64,000 bases of DNA from Ruminococcus sp. (GTDB taxonomy: Bacteria > Bacillota > Clostridia > Oscillospirales > Acutalibacteraceae): contig JBGUOX010000048.1 in the NCBI GenBank assembly GCA_045129995.1, positions 16,381 to 80,380 on the forward strand, in the 5' to 3' direction. The notes under the pieces are model-generated. The model made no database searches, was not told the origin of the DNA, and saw only the letters and a list, made by a program, of their open reading frames with translations. The position numbers and the translations under genes are program-made. Positions 1-8,540 of the stretch are shown here, piece after piece. The stretch's first letter is position 1. Each line of letters opens with the position of its first letter.

Positions 1-1035
1 GGAAGCAGCCTGTGCTTCTCCGGCGCTCTCGACAGCTTCTGCCTTTACATCCCCGGCAGGCTCAGCCGGAGAAATTACAGGCTCAACTATTTCGGGCGAT
101 ACGGCTTGTTCAGCTTTAGGAGACTTTTTGGATTTTGCAGGCTTTTCAGGCTTTTGGGGCTCATCCGGAATATCAAAATCAGCTTCCTCATCAATCTCGT
201 CAAGGCTGCTGACGACTTCAAAATCGTCTTTTGTGTAGTAATTTGCAAACACCTCAAACAAGAATGACAACGCATAAACCGCAGCGGATACATAGAGCAA
301 CGCAAAGAACAGCTCTGCTCTGTCGAAGCCCTCACGCATCATTCTGAAAAACTCGTAGGTTCCGTAGGTCAGTGTGAGCGCTGTCATAGGCAGGCCGTAG
401 ATAAACAGTCCTTTAACCGGATTTCTTCCTCTGATTCTGGAAATTACCATTGAATTGGAGAAGAAGAACAGCGAAAGGAAAATGAAGCAAAACAGCGCGG
501 ATGCGTCTTTCGCATAAATGCTTGCCTTGGTAGCCTGTAAAAACTCATCCACAAGCTCGGCGCAGCCCCACAGCGAAGGGAACACATAAAGCGCGGACAA
601 ACCGGAAACATCGTTTTTTCCTGTGAAATGCACGCGTGAGATCATAGCGAACGACAATCCGGCGGGAACGGAAAATACAGCGCATACGATCGCCAAAATC
701 AGACGTTCTTTGTTGTCCGGATCATTCATCCAGATGTTGGACGCCGTTGTAATGGACGCTGCCATGACGGAAAAACCGGTTAAAATGGCAAAGACTCCGG
801 CAACAGGATTCTTCTTGACCGGATAAACCTGAGCGGTTTTTCTGTCAAAAAGATTCATCAAGATGCAAACGACAAACAGTCCCAGGGCAATGCCGACCAC
901 GACGTAGGTGATGTTCATCTTGCTCATACCCATAAACGTTCCGTTGCCGTCCAAGCCAAAAAGACTCATCAGCTTTAAAAACAGCATGGCAAGCGCTGCA
1001 GGGATAAAAGGAATAATCGCATACTTTGCTTTCAT
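1..1035 (-). CDS. Multi-pass membrane protein with acidic/Pro-rich C-terminal tail (partial; runs off the left edge)
   Basis: Not in the ORF track because it is truncated. ATG at 1035 with GGAG RBS; starts MKAKYAIIPFIPAALAMLFLKLMSLFG with several hydrophobic segments. The same frame reads DFDIPDEPQKPEKPAKSKKS...AGEAQAAS up to base 1. Confidence 0.8.
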   Translation of the reverse strand, partial: MKAKYAIIPFIPAALAMLFLKLMSLFGLDGNGTFMGMSKMNITYVVVGIALGLFVVCILMNLFDRKTAQVYPVKKNPVAGVFAILTGFSVMAASITTASNIWMNDPDNKERLILAIVCAVFSVPAGLSFAMISRVHFTGKNDVSGLSALYVFPSLWGCAELVDEFLQATKASIYAKDASALFCFIFLSLFFFSNSMVISRIRGRNPVKGLFIYGLPMTALTLTYGTYEFFRMMREGFDRAELFFALLYVSAAVYALSFLFEVFANYYTKDDFEVVSSLDEIDEEADFDIPDEPQKPEKPAKSKKSPKAEQAVSPEIVEPVISPAEPAGDVKAEAVESAGEAQAAS

Positions 1036-1102
1036 TTTATTCTCCATTCTCAGTAAAAAATTCATACTTATGGTTATTATACCCAGAATACGTACATATA
1101 CT

Positions 1103-1131
1103 ATTTTAAGTCAATTATCGTCTGTTGTCAA
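1103..1131 (-). promoter_or_regulatory. sigma-A type promoter for the 1..1035 gene
   Basis: Minus strand TTGACA-17 nt-TAAAAT. Confidence 0.6.
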
Positions 1132-1157
1132 GGAAAAATAGTAACGGAGTGTATTAA

Positions 1158-1739
1158 ATGAAGAATAAAATTTTGATGATTTTGCTGTTTTTTGTGATAA
1201 TGGCGGCAATTCCGCTCGGTTTTCTGCTGTTTTTTCATCCTCAAAACACAAGCAAGCCCTCATCGCCGCAGAAAATCGATCCGTCAAACGCGGATGAAGC
1301 AGCAATTACGGCAGCAATGTCGCTTTGCAGTGAGGATTTTGACGAGGAAACCATTAAAGCAATAACTATATTGCAGCGTACAAATAAATTTGCAGGTGAG
1401 TTTGAAGATGGCAAAACAGCAGATAATTCCGATTCAGAATTATACAAACGCGTAAAAGACGCTTATTATTCCAATAAGGAATTATTGATTTATGAAAATG
1501 AGCCTCGCGCTCTTCCCTGCTCAAAATGTTCAAACGGCGCCACTGAAGCAACAGAGAAATATGATTACCTTTGCGGCGTTGCATCTCCGTGGGATTGCCT
1601 GAGTGATGATTTTGAAATCAACGCTGATTGTTACGGCGTAAGCATAAACGGTCTTCGCTATTTATGCGGACAGGGGCTAAGCGCGGAAGAAGCTCTGCTA
1701 TGGTACTTACCGGGATTCACAATAAAGACTTTAGAATAA
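1158..1739 (+). CDS. Compact, degenerate SpoIID/LytB-like protein with N-terminal membrane anchor
   Basis: Remnants of SpoIID motifs: FDEETIKAITILQRTN (cf. FxxEALKAQAVAARTY), CSNGATE...YLCGVASPWD, GVSINGLRYLCGQGLSAEEALLWYLPG; GGAG RBS. Confidence 0.55.
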   Translation: MKNKILMILLFFVIMAAIPLGFLLFFHPQNTSKPSSPQKIDPSNADEAAITAAMSLCSEDFDEETIKAITILQRTNKFAGEFEDGKTADNSDSELYKRVKDAYYSNKELLIYENEPRALPCSKCSNGATEATEKYDYLCGVASPWDCLSDDFEINADCYGVSINGLRYLCGQGLSAEEALLWYLPGFTIKTLE

Positions 1740-1745
1740 ACGAAA

Positions 1746-1778
1746 GCAGCCGAGCCATTTTGGAAATGACTCGGCTGT
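1746..1778. terminator. Hairpin between convergent genes (probable bidirectional terminator)
   Basis: GCAGCCGAG...CTCGGCTGT inverted repeat. Confidence 0.6.
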
Positions 1779-1796
1779 ATATTATACAGTGAATTA

Positions 1797-2267
1797 TTAT
1801 CTGACGAGCGGAAGCTCATATTCTTCCAGCGTAAAGTCCGGAATATCAGGCAGCGATTCTTCAGCTGCCGATGACTGCTTGGAATTTGCGGCAGCAGATT
1901 CGGTTTTCGAAGTAGCGGCGGCAGAAGACGATGACGCGCTGTCTGTTTTAGACTGCTGTGCGCTGCTGTTTTGCTTAGCTTCGGATGAAGATTTTGATTC
2001 CGCGGAAGATTGAGCAGGCTTTTCGGCAGCGGACGACTTATTTTCGCCCGCAGAGTCCGCGTTTTCAGATGAAGAAGCAGTTGCTTTTTCATTATTGGCA
2101 GCTGCCGTTTTTTCCTGAGCAGACGTGGTTACGGGCGCAGTAGTCGTTTCTTTTGCGAAAGCTGTTGATTCCTGCTTAGATGACGATTCGGTTTTTCCGC
2201 CGCAGGCTGAAAAAACAACTGAAAGCAACACAAGCATTAGTACAAATAATATAGTATTCTTTTTCAT
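1797..2267 (-). CDS. Ser/Ala/Thr/Glu-rich low-complexity lipoprotein
   Basis: Signal peptide with lipobox FSAC; disordered linker; short C-terminal DIPDFTLEEYELPLVR. Confidence 0.75.
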   Translation of the reverse strand: MKKNTILFVLMLVLLSVVFSACGGKTESSSKQESTAFAKETTTAPVTTSAQEKTAAANNEKATASSSENADSAGENKSSAAEKPAQSSAESKSSSEAKQNSSAQQSKTDSASSSSAAATSKTESAAANSKQSSAAEESLPDIPDFTLEEYELPLVR

Positions 2268-2408
2268 AATTACACCTGTTTCTTATAAATTATGCTAATT
2301 ATAATATATATTTTCCTATTTATATTTCCAATTTAGAATTATATCATCATAGTAAAGTGCTAAAATATGACTTGGTAGATTTATTATTCTCAAAAAGGAG
2401 TCTTATAA

Positions 2409-3434
2409 ATGGCAAAACAAAACATTGATTGGTCAAATCTCGGTTTCGGCTACATCCCCACAGGCGAACGCTATGTTGCCAACTTCAAGGACGGCAAATG
2501 GGATGAAGGCACAATGACCACCGATTCTACTATCACAATTAGTGAATGTGCCGGTGTACTGCAGTATGCCCAAACAGTTTTTGAGGGCTTGAAGGCTTAC
2601 ACCACTGTTGACGGTAAAATCGTTGTATTCCGTCCCGACCTTAACGCACAGCGCCTGGAAGAAAGTGCAAAGCGTCTTGAGATCCCTGCTTTTCCTCAGG
2701 AAAGATTTATTGAGGCAGTGGAGAAGGTCGTAAAAGCAAACGCCGATTATGTACCTCCTTACGGTACCGGCGCAACTCTGTATTTGCGTCCCTTCATCTT
2801 CGGCTCCAGCTCCGTTATCGGCGTTAAGCCTGCCGACGAGTATCAATTCCGCGTATTCGCAACGCCTGTCGGTCCTTACTTTAAGGGCGGCGCAAAGCCC
2901 ATCACTATTAAGGTTTCTGATTTTGACAGAGCTGCTCCGCACGGCACCGGTCATATTAAAGCCGGCTTGAACTACGCGATGAGCCTTCACGCTATAGTTA
3001 CCGCCCACGAGGAAGGCTTTGACGAAAATATGTATCTTGACGCGGCAACACGCACCAAGGTTGAAGAGACCGGCGGCGCTAACTTCCTGTTTGTCACCAA
3101 GGACGGCAAGGTCGTTACACCGAAGTCAAACAGCATTCTCCCCTCTATCACCCGCCGTTCGCTGATGTATGTTGCGGAGCATTACCTTGGCTTGGAGGTT
3201 GAGCAAAGAGAGGTTTACTTTGACGAAGTGAAAGATTTCGCGGAGTGCGGTCTTTGCGGCACTGCGGCTGTTATTTCTCCCGTCGGCAAGATCGTAGACC
3301 ACGGCAAAGAGATCTGCTTCCCCAGCGGTATGGAGGAAATGGGACCTGTTACCAAAAAGCTGTATGAAACTCTGACCGGCATTCAGATGGGCAGACTGGA
3401 AGCTCCCGAAGGCTGGATCAAGGAAATCTGCTGA
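2409..3434 (+). CDS. ilvE: Branched-chain amino acid aminotransferase
   Basis: LQYAQTVFEGLKAY, IKAGLNY (PLP Lys), EETGGAN, ILPSITRRS, GTAAVISP; AAGGAG RBS. Confidence 0.96.
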   Translation: MAKQNIDWSNLGFGYIPTGERYVANFKDGKWDEGTMTTDSTITISECAGVLQYAQTVFEGLKAYTTVDGKIVVFRPDLNAQRLEESAKRLEIPAFPQERFIEAVEKVVKANADYVPPYGTGATLYLRPFIFGSSSVIGVKPADEYQFRVFATPVGPYFKGGAKPITIKVSDFDRAAPHGTGHIKAGLNYAMSLHAIVTAHEEGFDENMYLDAATRTKVEETGGANFLFVTKDGKVVTPKSNSILPSITRRSLMYVAEHYLGLEVEQREVYFDEVKDFAECGLCGTAAVISPVGKIVDHGKEICFPSGMEEMGPVTKKLYETLTGIQMGRLEAPEGWIKEIC

Positions 3435-3461
3435 TTTTCAATTTAGTTATATAATCAACGC

Positions 3462-3495
3462 GGCGCAAGGCAAATGCCTTGCGCCTTCTTTTTTT
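3462..3495 (+). terminator. Rho-independent terminator after ilvE
   Basis: GGCGCAAGGCA-AA-TGCCTTGCGCC followed by a T-run. Confidence 0.8.
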
Positions 3496-3502
3496 ATTAA
3501 GG

Positions 3503-3781
3503 TTAATAGCGCACACGAAAACCGCGCTCATTAGATACTATAGGAATAGAACGACAGTCTGTTCTGTCGATGCGTATGTAACGGTCATGCGTCAAAGTGA
3601 ATATCAGTCGGTCGATTTGCGCTTCGCTCCCCTGAGCTTCCATTGTAACGGAACCGTCATATTCATTGCGCACCCAGCCCGTTACACCGGCTGCTTCCGC
3701 GGCGCGGCAGGCAGAATAGCGAAAGCCAACTCCCTGTACCCAACCGTTGAAAGAAAAGCGTTTACGAATGATCGTTTCCAT
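3503..3781 (-). CDS. acyP: Acylphosphatase
   Basis: GWVQGVGFR and GVTGWVRN-x-x-DGSV signatures, 92 aa. Confidence 0.92.
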   Translation of the reverse strand: METIIRKRFSFNGWVQGVGFRYSACRAAEAAGVTGWVRNEYDGSVTMEAQGSEAQIDRLIFTLTHDRYIRIDRTDCRSIPIVSNERGFRVRY

Positions 3782-4047
3782 TCCATCACCTCATTTGAAC
3801 TTCACTATTACCATACACTATTTTTCGGGCATTTGTCAATGCGTTATCAGCATAAATCAAGTGAAAAAGCCAAAAATGACAAACCGTTCATTTTTGTGTT
3901 CAATTAATTACAATATTGACTTAGCGTGTTACTTTACTTGCATTTGCAACTCAATTTGATATAATAGTAGTGAATATCTTTCTATATTATATGTATTGTA
4001 TTTTTCACCTCATGATTGAAATATAAAGTTGGGATGAGATCAGCGAT

Positions 4048-5841
4048 ATGAATTCAAGCATAAATATAAAAACCGACGGAAGCATTATAAGCCGGCTGTT
4101 CCGCAATTCTGTCATAAGCATTATTGCCGCCGCGATCGCCACTATGCTGGGAATCGTCATTGACGGTGTTATTATCGGCAGATTTTTGGGACCGGACAGT
4201 ATGGCGGCATACGGACTGGTAACGCCGGTCATTAACCTGACAACTGTTTTCAGCGGCATTTTGGCAACAGGTGCGCAAATCAATTGTGCTCAGCACTTGG
4301 GCGCAGGTCATAAAACAAAAGCAAAGAATGTTTTTTCAACCTGTATGGCGCTGACAATACTGATTTCCGTTGTCATTATGGCTATCTTTTTGATTTTCCG
4401 TTATCCGATCAGCCAGCTGCTTGGAGCCAGAGACAAGTCTGCCGAGCTTTTGCAGCCGACAGCGGATTATTTGCTCGGCGTTGTGTTCTCCTTCCCCTCC
4501 GTATTGTTTCTGTTTGAATTTAACGCGCTGATGAGGCTGGACGGCGACGCAAACCGTGTGATCATCGCCGTTGTGACGATGACCGTACTGGATGTTATCG
4601 GAGACCTGGTTAACGCGCTTGTCATTCACGGCGGAATGCTGGGTATGGGACTGACAACCTCTATCAGCTATTTTGCGGCGCTGCTCATCATGCTGCTGCA
4701 CTTCACCAAAAAAGACATTATATTCCGATTTTCACTAAAGGGCATTCGGGTTCGGCACGCGATCGACATTTTTAAAACAGGTTCTTCTTCGGCTGTCGGT
4801 TCGGCATCTGCTATGATGCGCAGTACGGTGCTGAATCTGATTATGGTCGCAACGGTATATTCAAGTATGGCAGTCGCCGCGCTGGGCGTCGTAAATACGG
4901 TCATAAACTTTACCTCATCAACCATGATGGGCGTTGGTATGACGACCGCTATGATCGCCGGTGTTATTCTCGGCGAACGTGACAGAAATGCCGCTGAAAT
5001 GCTGGTACGCGTCACAATACGCATTGCGCTGCTTGTCAGCACGATACTAACTGTGCTGCTGATGGTTTTTGCGGAATACATCGCGGGAGCGTTCGGTTCC
5101 GACGACGGCGTTCAAATGGTTGAACTTGCCACAACCGGTCTGAGATTTTATGCGCTTTCAACGATTTTCTACGGATGGAATGTTGCGTTCATAAATTATA
5201 TGCAGGGCATGAAACGTATGATAATCGCCGATATATTTTGCTTCCTGCAAAACTTTGTTTATATCGTCATCCCTGCTCTTTTGCTGTTCAATGTTTTTGA
5301 TTTGGACATTATGTCCGTATGGCTGGCGTTTGTCATTTGTGAAACTCTGGTGCTGCTGACGATCTTTTGTATTGCAGCCTTCAAAAAGCACGGCTTCCCC
5401 TGCCACGCTAAGGATTTTCTGTTCTTAAAGGAGCCGTTCGGTGTAGATGAAACCAACCTGCTAAATTTATCTGTTTCCGACGAAGAAAGCATCGGCGCAG
5501 CCGGAGAAGCGGTTTGCGCTTTCTGCAAAAGCAAAAATGAAACGGATGATAACAGTCAACTTCTGGGGCAGTTTGTGGATGAACTGTGCCGCCACATAAC
5601 ACGGTTCGGATTTCACGACAGCAAAAAGCACTCTATTGATATTCGTGTGATCAAGCTTGATAAGGGCTGGTCGTTACGTGTCCGTGACAACTGTCAAAAA
5701 TTTGATGTTATTGAATGGATCAATCTACACGAAAACGAGGATGAAACACAGCACGCCGCGATCCGCACGGTGTGCAATAAGGCAAAATCCATTAAATACC
5801 TCAGCACAATGGATCTAAACAATATTACTGTAACCATATAA
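4048..5841 (+). CDS. MATE-family efflux transporter fused to a C-terminal HATPase_c (RsbW-like) domain
   Basis: About 12 TM segments with IDGVIIGRFLG and RLDGD MATE motifs; C-terminal ~140 aa DELCRHITRFGF...SIDIRV...LRVRDNCQKFD. Confidence 0.85.
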   Translation: MNSSINIKTDGSIISRLFRNSVISIIAAAIATMLGIVIDGVIIGRFLGPDSMAAYGLVTPVINLTTVFSGILATGAQINCAQHLGAGHKTKAKNVFSTCMALTILISVVIMAIFLIFRYPISQLLGARDKSAELLQPTADYLLGVVFSFPSVLFLFEFNALMRLDGDANRVIIAVVTMTVLDVIGDLVNALVIHGGMLGMGLTTSISYFAALLIMLLHFTKKDIIFRFSLKGIRVRHAIDIFKTGSSSAVGSASAMMRSTVLNLIMVATVYSSMAVAALGVVNTVINFTSSTMMGVGMTTAMIAGVILGERDRNAAEMLVRVTIRIALLVSTILTVLLMVFAEYIAGAFGSDDGVQMVELATTGLRFYALSTIFYGWNVAFINYMQGMKRMIIADIFCFLQNFVYIVIPALLLFNVFDLDIMSVWLAFVICETLVLLTIFCIAAFKKHGFPCHAKDFLFLKEPFGVDETNLLNLSVSDEESIGAAGEAVCAFCKSKNETDDNSQLLGQFVDELCRHITRFGFHDSKKHSIDIRVIKLDKGWSLRVRDNCQKFDVIEWINLHENEDETQHAAIRTVCNKAKSIKYLSTMDLNNITVTI

Positions 5842-5909
5842 TACAGCGTCACAAACGCTTTCTTCCGTACAAATAACAACGGAAGATATATATAATTTTA
5901 CTAAAGTTC

Positions 5910-5939
5910 AACAGGGACCGACAATCGTCAGTCCCTGTT
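5910..5939. terminator. Hairpin between convergent MATE and GT4 genes
   Basis: AACAGGGAC...GTCCCTGTT. Confidence 0.6.
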
Positions 5940-5987
5940 ATTACTTATTAAATCTTATGTTTTCGAGCATAGCTCATTTTGAGAGGA

Positions 5988-7322
5988 TCAGTCCTTTGAC
6001 TTATCCTTTTTTTCTTTCTTTTCCGCTTTTTCAGCTTCTTTTTCTGCCTTTTTCTCTGCTTTTTCGGCTTCTTTTTCAGCCTTCTTTTCAGCTTTTTCAG
6101 CTTCTTTTTCCGCTTTCTTTTCCGCCTTTTCGGCTTCCTTGGCAGCTTCCTCCTCTTCCTCGCGTTCTTTCGCGGCTTCCTCTATCACCTCTCCGTACAT
6201 ATCCAACATACGGTTTGCACAGGCGGTGTCGCTGAATTCAAGCGATTTTTTAAGCGCGGCGTCTGACATTTGCTGACGGAGCTCCGGGGTCTGAACAAGC
6301 TGTAAAACCTTATTGATAAACTCGTCACGGGTTTCATACGTAAATCCGTTTACGCCGTCGTCCAGTACGCCCTTAAGACAGGGATCGTTGCGGCAAATCA
6401 GCGGCAAACCGCAGGCGATTGCCTCAAGATACGTCAGGCTGTGCATCTCAAATGTGGAAGCGCTGAGAAACACACTGCCCAGCTTATAAATTTGATAAAC
6501 CTTTTCGGGAGGTATCATACCGGTAAAAATCACGGAATCGCTGATCTCAAGCTTTTCGGCAAGATGCTCCAGGTTCTTTTTATCGGGGCCGTCACCGGCG
6601 ATCAGCAGCTGAACCTCCGGATCAGCCTCACGCAGCGCGGGATAGTACTCCAAAATCTCATCAAGGCGCTTTTCCGCGCTGATTCGCGAAACAATGACCA
6701 GCAGTTTTCCGTTATCCTTTAATCCGTACTGTGAAAGCAGATCATCGCGCTGCTCCTGAGTGAGCGGCTGCTGAAAACGCTCAAGCTTGATACCGTTTGG
6801 AATAACGACAACCTTGCGCTTGGGCAAATAACCCTTGAGCAAAGCCTGCGCCTTAGGCGACGGCACAGTCATTAAGCGCGCGTCTCTGTATACAAGTCTG
6901 GAGCCGAGCGAACCCAAGAATTTTACAAAAGCCGCCTCGCTGTGATCATGAAAAACAAATTTTGCCCAATCGGTGTGCATCGTCATCACGATCGGCGCGC
7001 CGGTTTTCTTTGAAATGTACCGTGACATTCCGGCAACGGTGCCTTCGGTGTGGACGTGGATAATATCAGGACACCACTCAATGATTTCCTTTAAAAACGG
7101 ATGGCGGCGAACAACACTTTGGCGAGTATCGGGATAAATCAGAATTGAAAAGGACGAGATGAAGTAGTCCTCTCCCTTTTGATATGATTTTCTGCTTTCG
7201 GAAAGCGTCAGTACCTTGACAGAATGACCTTGTGCGCGGTACTTGTCTGCTAAAGCGATGACGACATTGGCTACACCGTTTGTAGTGTGAGTATAACCGT
7301 CAGTGGCGAGTAATATTTTCAT
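5988..7322 (-). CDS. GT4 glycosyltransferase, monoglycosyldiacylglycerol synthase-like (LafA/Mgs type), with E/K/A repeat tail
   Basis: MKILLATDGY...NGVA, HVHTEG, SRISAEK, FLSASTFEMHSLTYLEA (E-x7-E). Confidence 0.85.
   Translation of the reverse strand: MKILLATDGYTHTTNGVANVVIALADKYRAQGHSVKVLTLSESRKSYQKGEDYFISSFSILIYPDTRQSVVRRHPFLKEIIEWCPDIIHVHTEGTVAGMSRYISKKTGAPIVMTMHTDWAKFVFHDHSEAAFVKFLGSLGSRLVYRDARLMTVPSPKAQALLKGYLPKRKVVVIPNGIKLERFQQPLTQEQRDDLLSQYGLKDNGKLLVIVSRISAEKRLDEILEYYPALREADPEVQLLIAGDGPDKKNLEHLAEKLEISDSVIFTGMIPPEKVYQIYKLGSVFLSASTFEMHSLTYLEAIACGLPLICRNDPCLKGVLDDGVNGFTYETRDEFINKVLQLVQTPELRQQMSDAALKKSLEFSDTACANRMLDMYGEVIEEAAKEREEEEEAAKEAEKAEKKAEKEAEKAEKKAEKEAEKAEKKAEKEAEKAEKKEKKDKSKD
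6018..6146 (-). repeat. Degenerate 33-bp tandem repeat encoding (KEAEKAEKKAE) about 4 times
   Basis: Protein tail AAKEAEKAEKKAEKEAEKAEKKAEKEAEKAEKKAEKEAEKAEKKEKK; boundaries approximate. Confidence 0.8.
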
Positions 7323-8371
7323 TTTTGCTTCCTCCCAGTTGACGCGCGGTCAGAATAAAACTTTTTCCAAATCTGATAGATTCTTTCTTCACTGTATTGC
7401 TCGGCGACCTGTGCGGCTTTTTGCTTCCATTCTTCATACAAATCGCTGTCATCCTTCAAAGCGCGTATCGCCGAGGCAAAATCGTCGTTGTTGGTTTTCA
7501 TAATATAATGTCCCCTGAGAATATCGCGATACTCGGGAATATCACGAAGCAGCAGCGGCGTATGCGTGCTCGCAGCCTCAAGGATAGACATCGGGAACAG
7601 CTCCTGATAGGACGGGAAGAAAAACAGATCGGATAAATTGAGCAGATCATTGATTTCATCCCGCGGCACAATGCCGGGAAACTTCACGTTTTCAGGCAGA
7701 TTCTTGAGCATATCTTTTGTGTCGGTATAACCGTCAGCCAACGGTCCGAACGAAAAACCGCCTGCCCATATGAATTTGACATCAGGCACCAGCTTGGCTG
7801 TTTCCACAAAATCCTGCACTCCCTTGCCCGCGCGAGTCTGACCGCAGGCAAATGCGATAAAATCGGTATCCTTGTAGCCGTACTTTTTTCGAAGCTCGGA
7901 TTTTTCATCCGCGGATTTCGGATAGAACTGGCTTTTAGCGACAAAGTTTGGAATATAGTAAATGTTTTCCTCTTTAAAGCCGTATTGCAAAAGCTCCTTT
8001 TTCAGATCCGGATTGACAACGTGAACAACATCGGCTGATTTGTAAACGTGTATCAGGTATTTATCAAACACCTTTACAAACAGTTTCGGAAGCCGAATGG
8101 AATTGTCCGCCATATCCGGAGTAAAATGAACGGATATAACGCTGGGCTTGCGCAAGAACTTCAGTTTGAAAAAGCTGCCGAAATTGACGGTATGCGCGTG
8201 AAGCACATCGCATTGCTTTACAGGCTTATTGACTGTAAGTTCAAAATCATCCTTGCCGTAGGTTTCAAGCAAACGCATCAGCTCTTTATATGCGCTTCCG
8301 ACGCCCTGCCCCTCTACGGTATCAGCTTTTGATAACATTCCTAATTTGATTTGACTCATGATTAATACCAC
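7319..8371 (-). CDS. GT4 glycosyltransferase, diglycosyldiacylglycerol synthase-like (CpoA/LafB/Dgs type)
   Basis: MLSKADTVEGQGVGSAY N-terminus typical of CpoA/Dgs; WAGGFSFG; FPSYQELFPMSILEA. Start may be ATG 8359. 4-bp overlap with the downstream GT4. Confidence 0.85.
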   Translation of the reverse strand: MVLIMSQIKLGMLSKADTVEGQGVGSAYKELMRLLETYGKDDFELTVNKPVKQCDVLHAHTVNFGSFFKLKFLRKPSVISVHFTPDMADNSIRLPKLFVKVFDKYLIHVYKSADVVHVVNPDLKKELLQYGFKEENIYYIPNFVAKSQFYPKSADEKSELRKKYGYKDTDFIAFACGQTRAGKGVQDFVETAKLVPDVKFIWAGGFSFGPLADGYTDTKDMLKNLPENVKFPGIVPRDEINDLLNLSDLFFFPSYQELFPMSILEAASTHTPLLLRDIPEYRDILRGHYIMKTNNDDFASAIRALKDDSDLYEEWKQKAAQVAEQYSEERIYQIWKKFYSDRASTGRKQK

Positions 8372-8498
8372 ATTTCACATAAATCATTGTGTTTGACACA
8401 CATTGATATTATATCATAAAAGTACAACGGTGGCAATACCAATCAATTAAAAAATTGTCAAATCAAAAGCAAGACATTATGATTCATCGTTGTACAGA

Positions 8499-8530
8499 AG
8501 AACACTCCGAAAAAATCTTCGGAGTGTTCT
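8499..8530 (-). terminator. Hairpin downstream of the NSS transporter
   Basis: AGAACACTCCGAA...TTCGGAGTGTTCT. Confidence 0.6.
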
Positions 8531-8540
8531 CATATTGATT

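Noticed and set aside
6018-6146. CRISPR array or non-coding tandem repeat
   Set aside because: The repeats are in frame, degenerate at synonymous positions and have no spacers; no cas genes are present.
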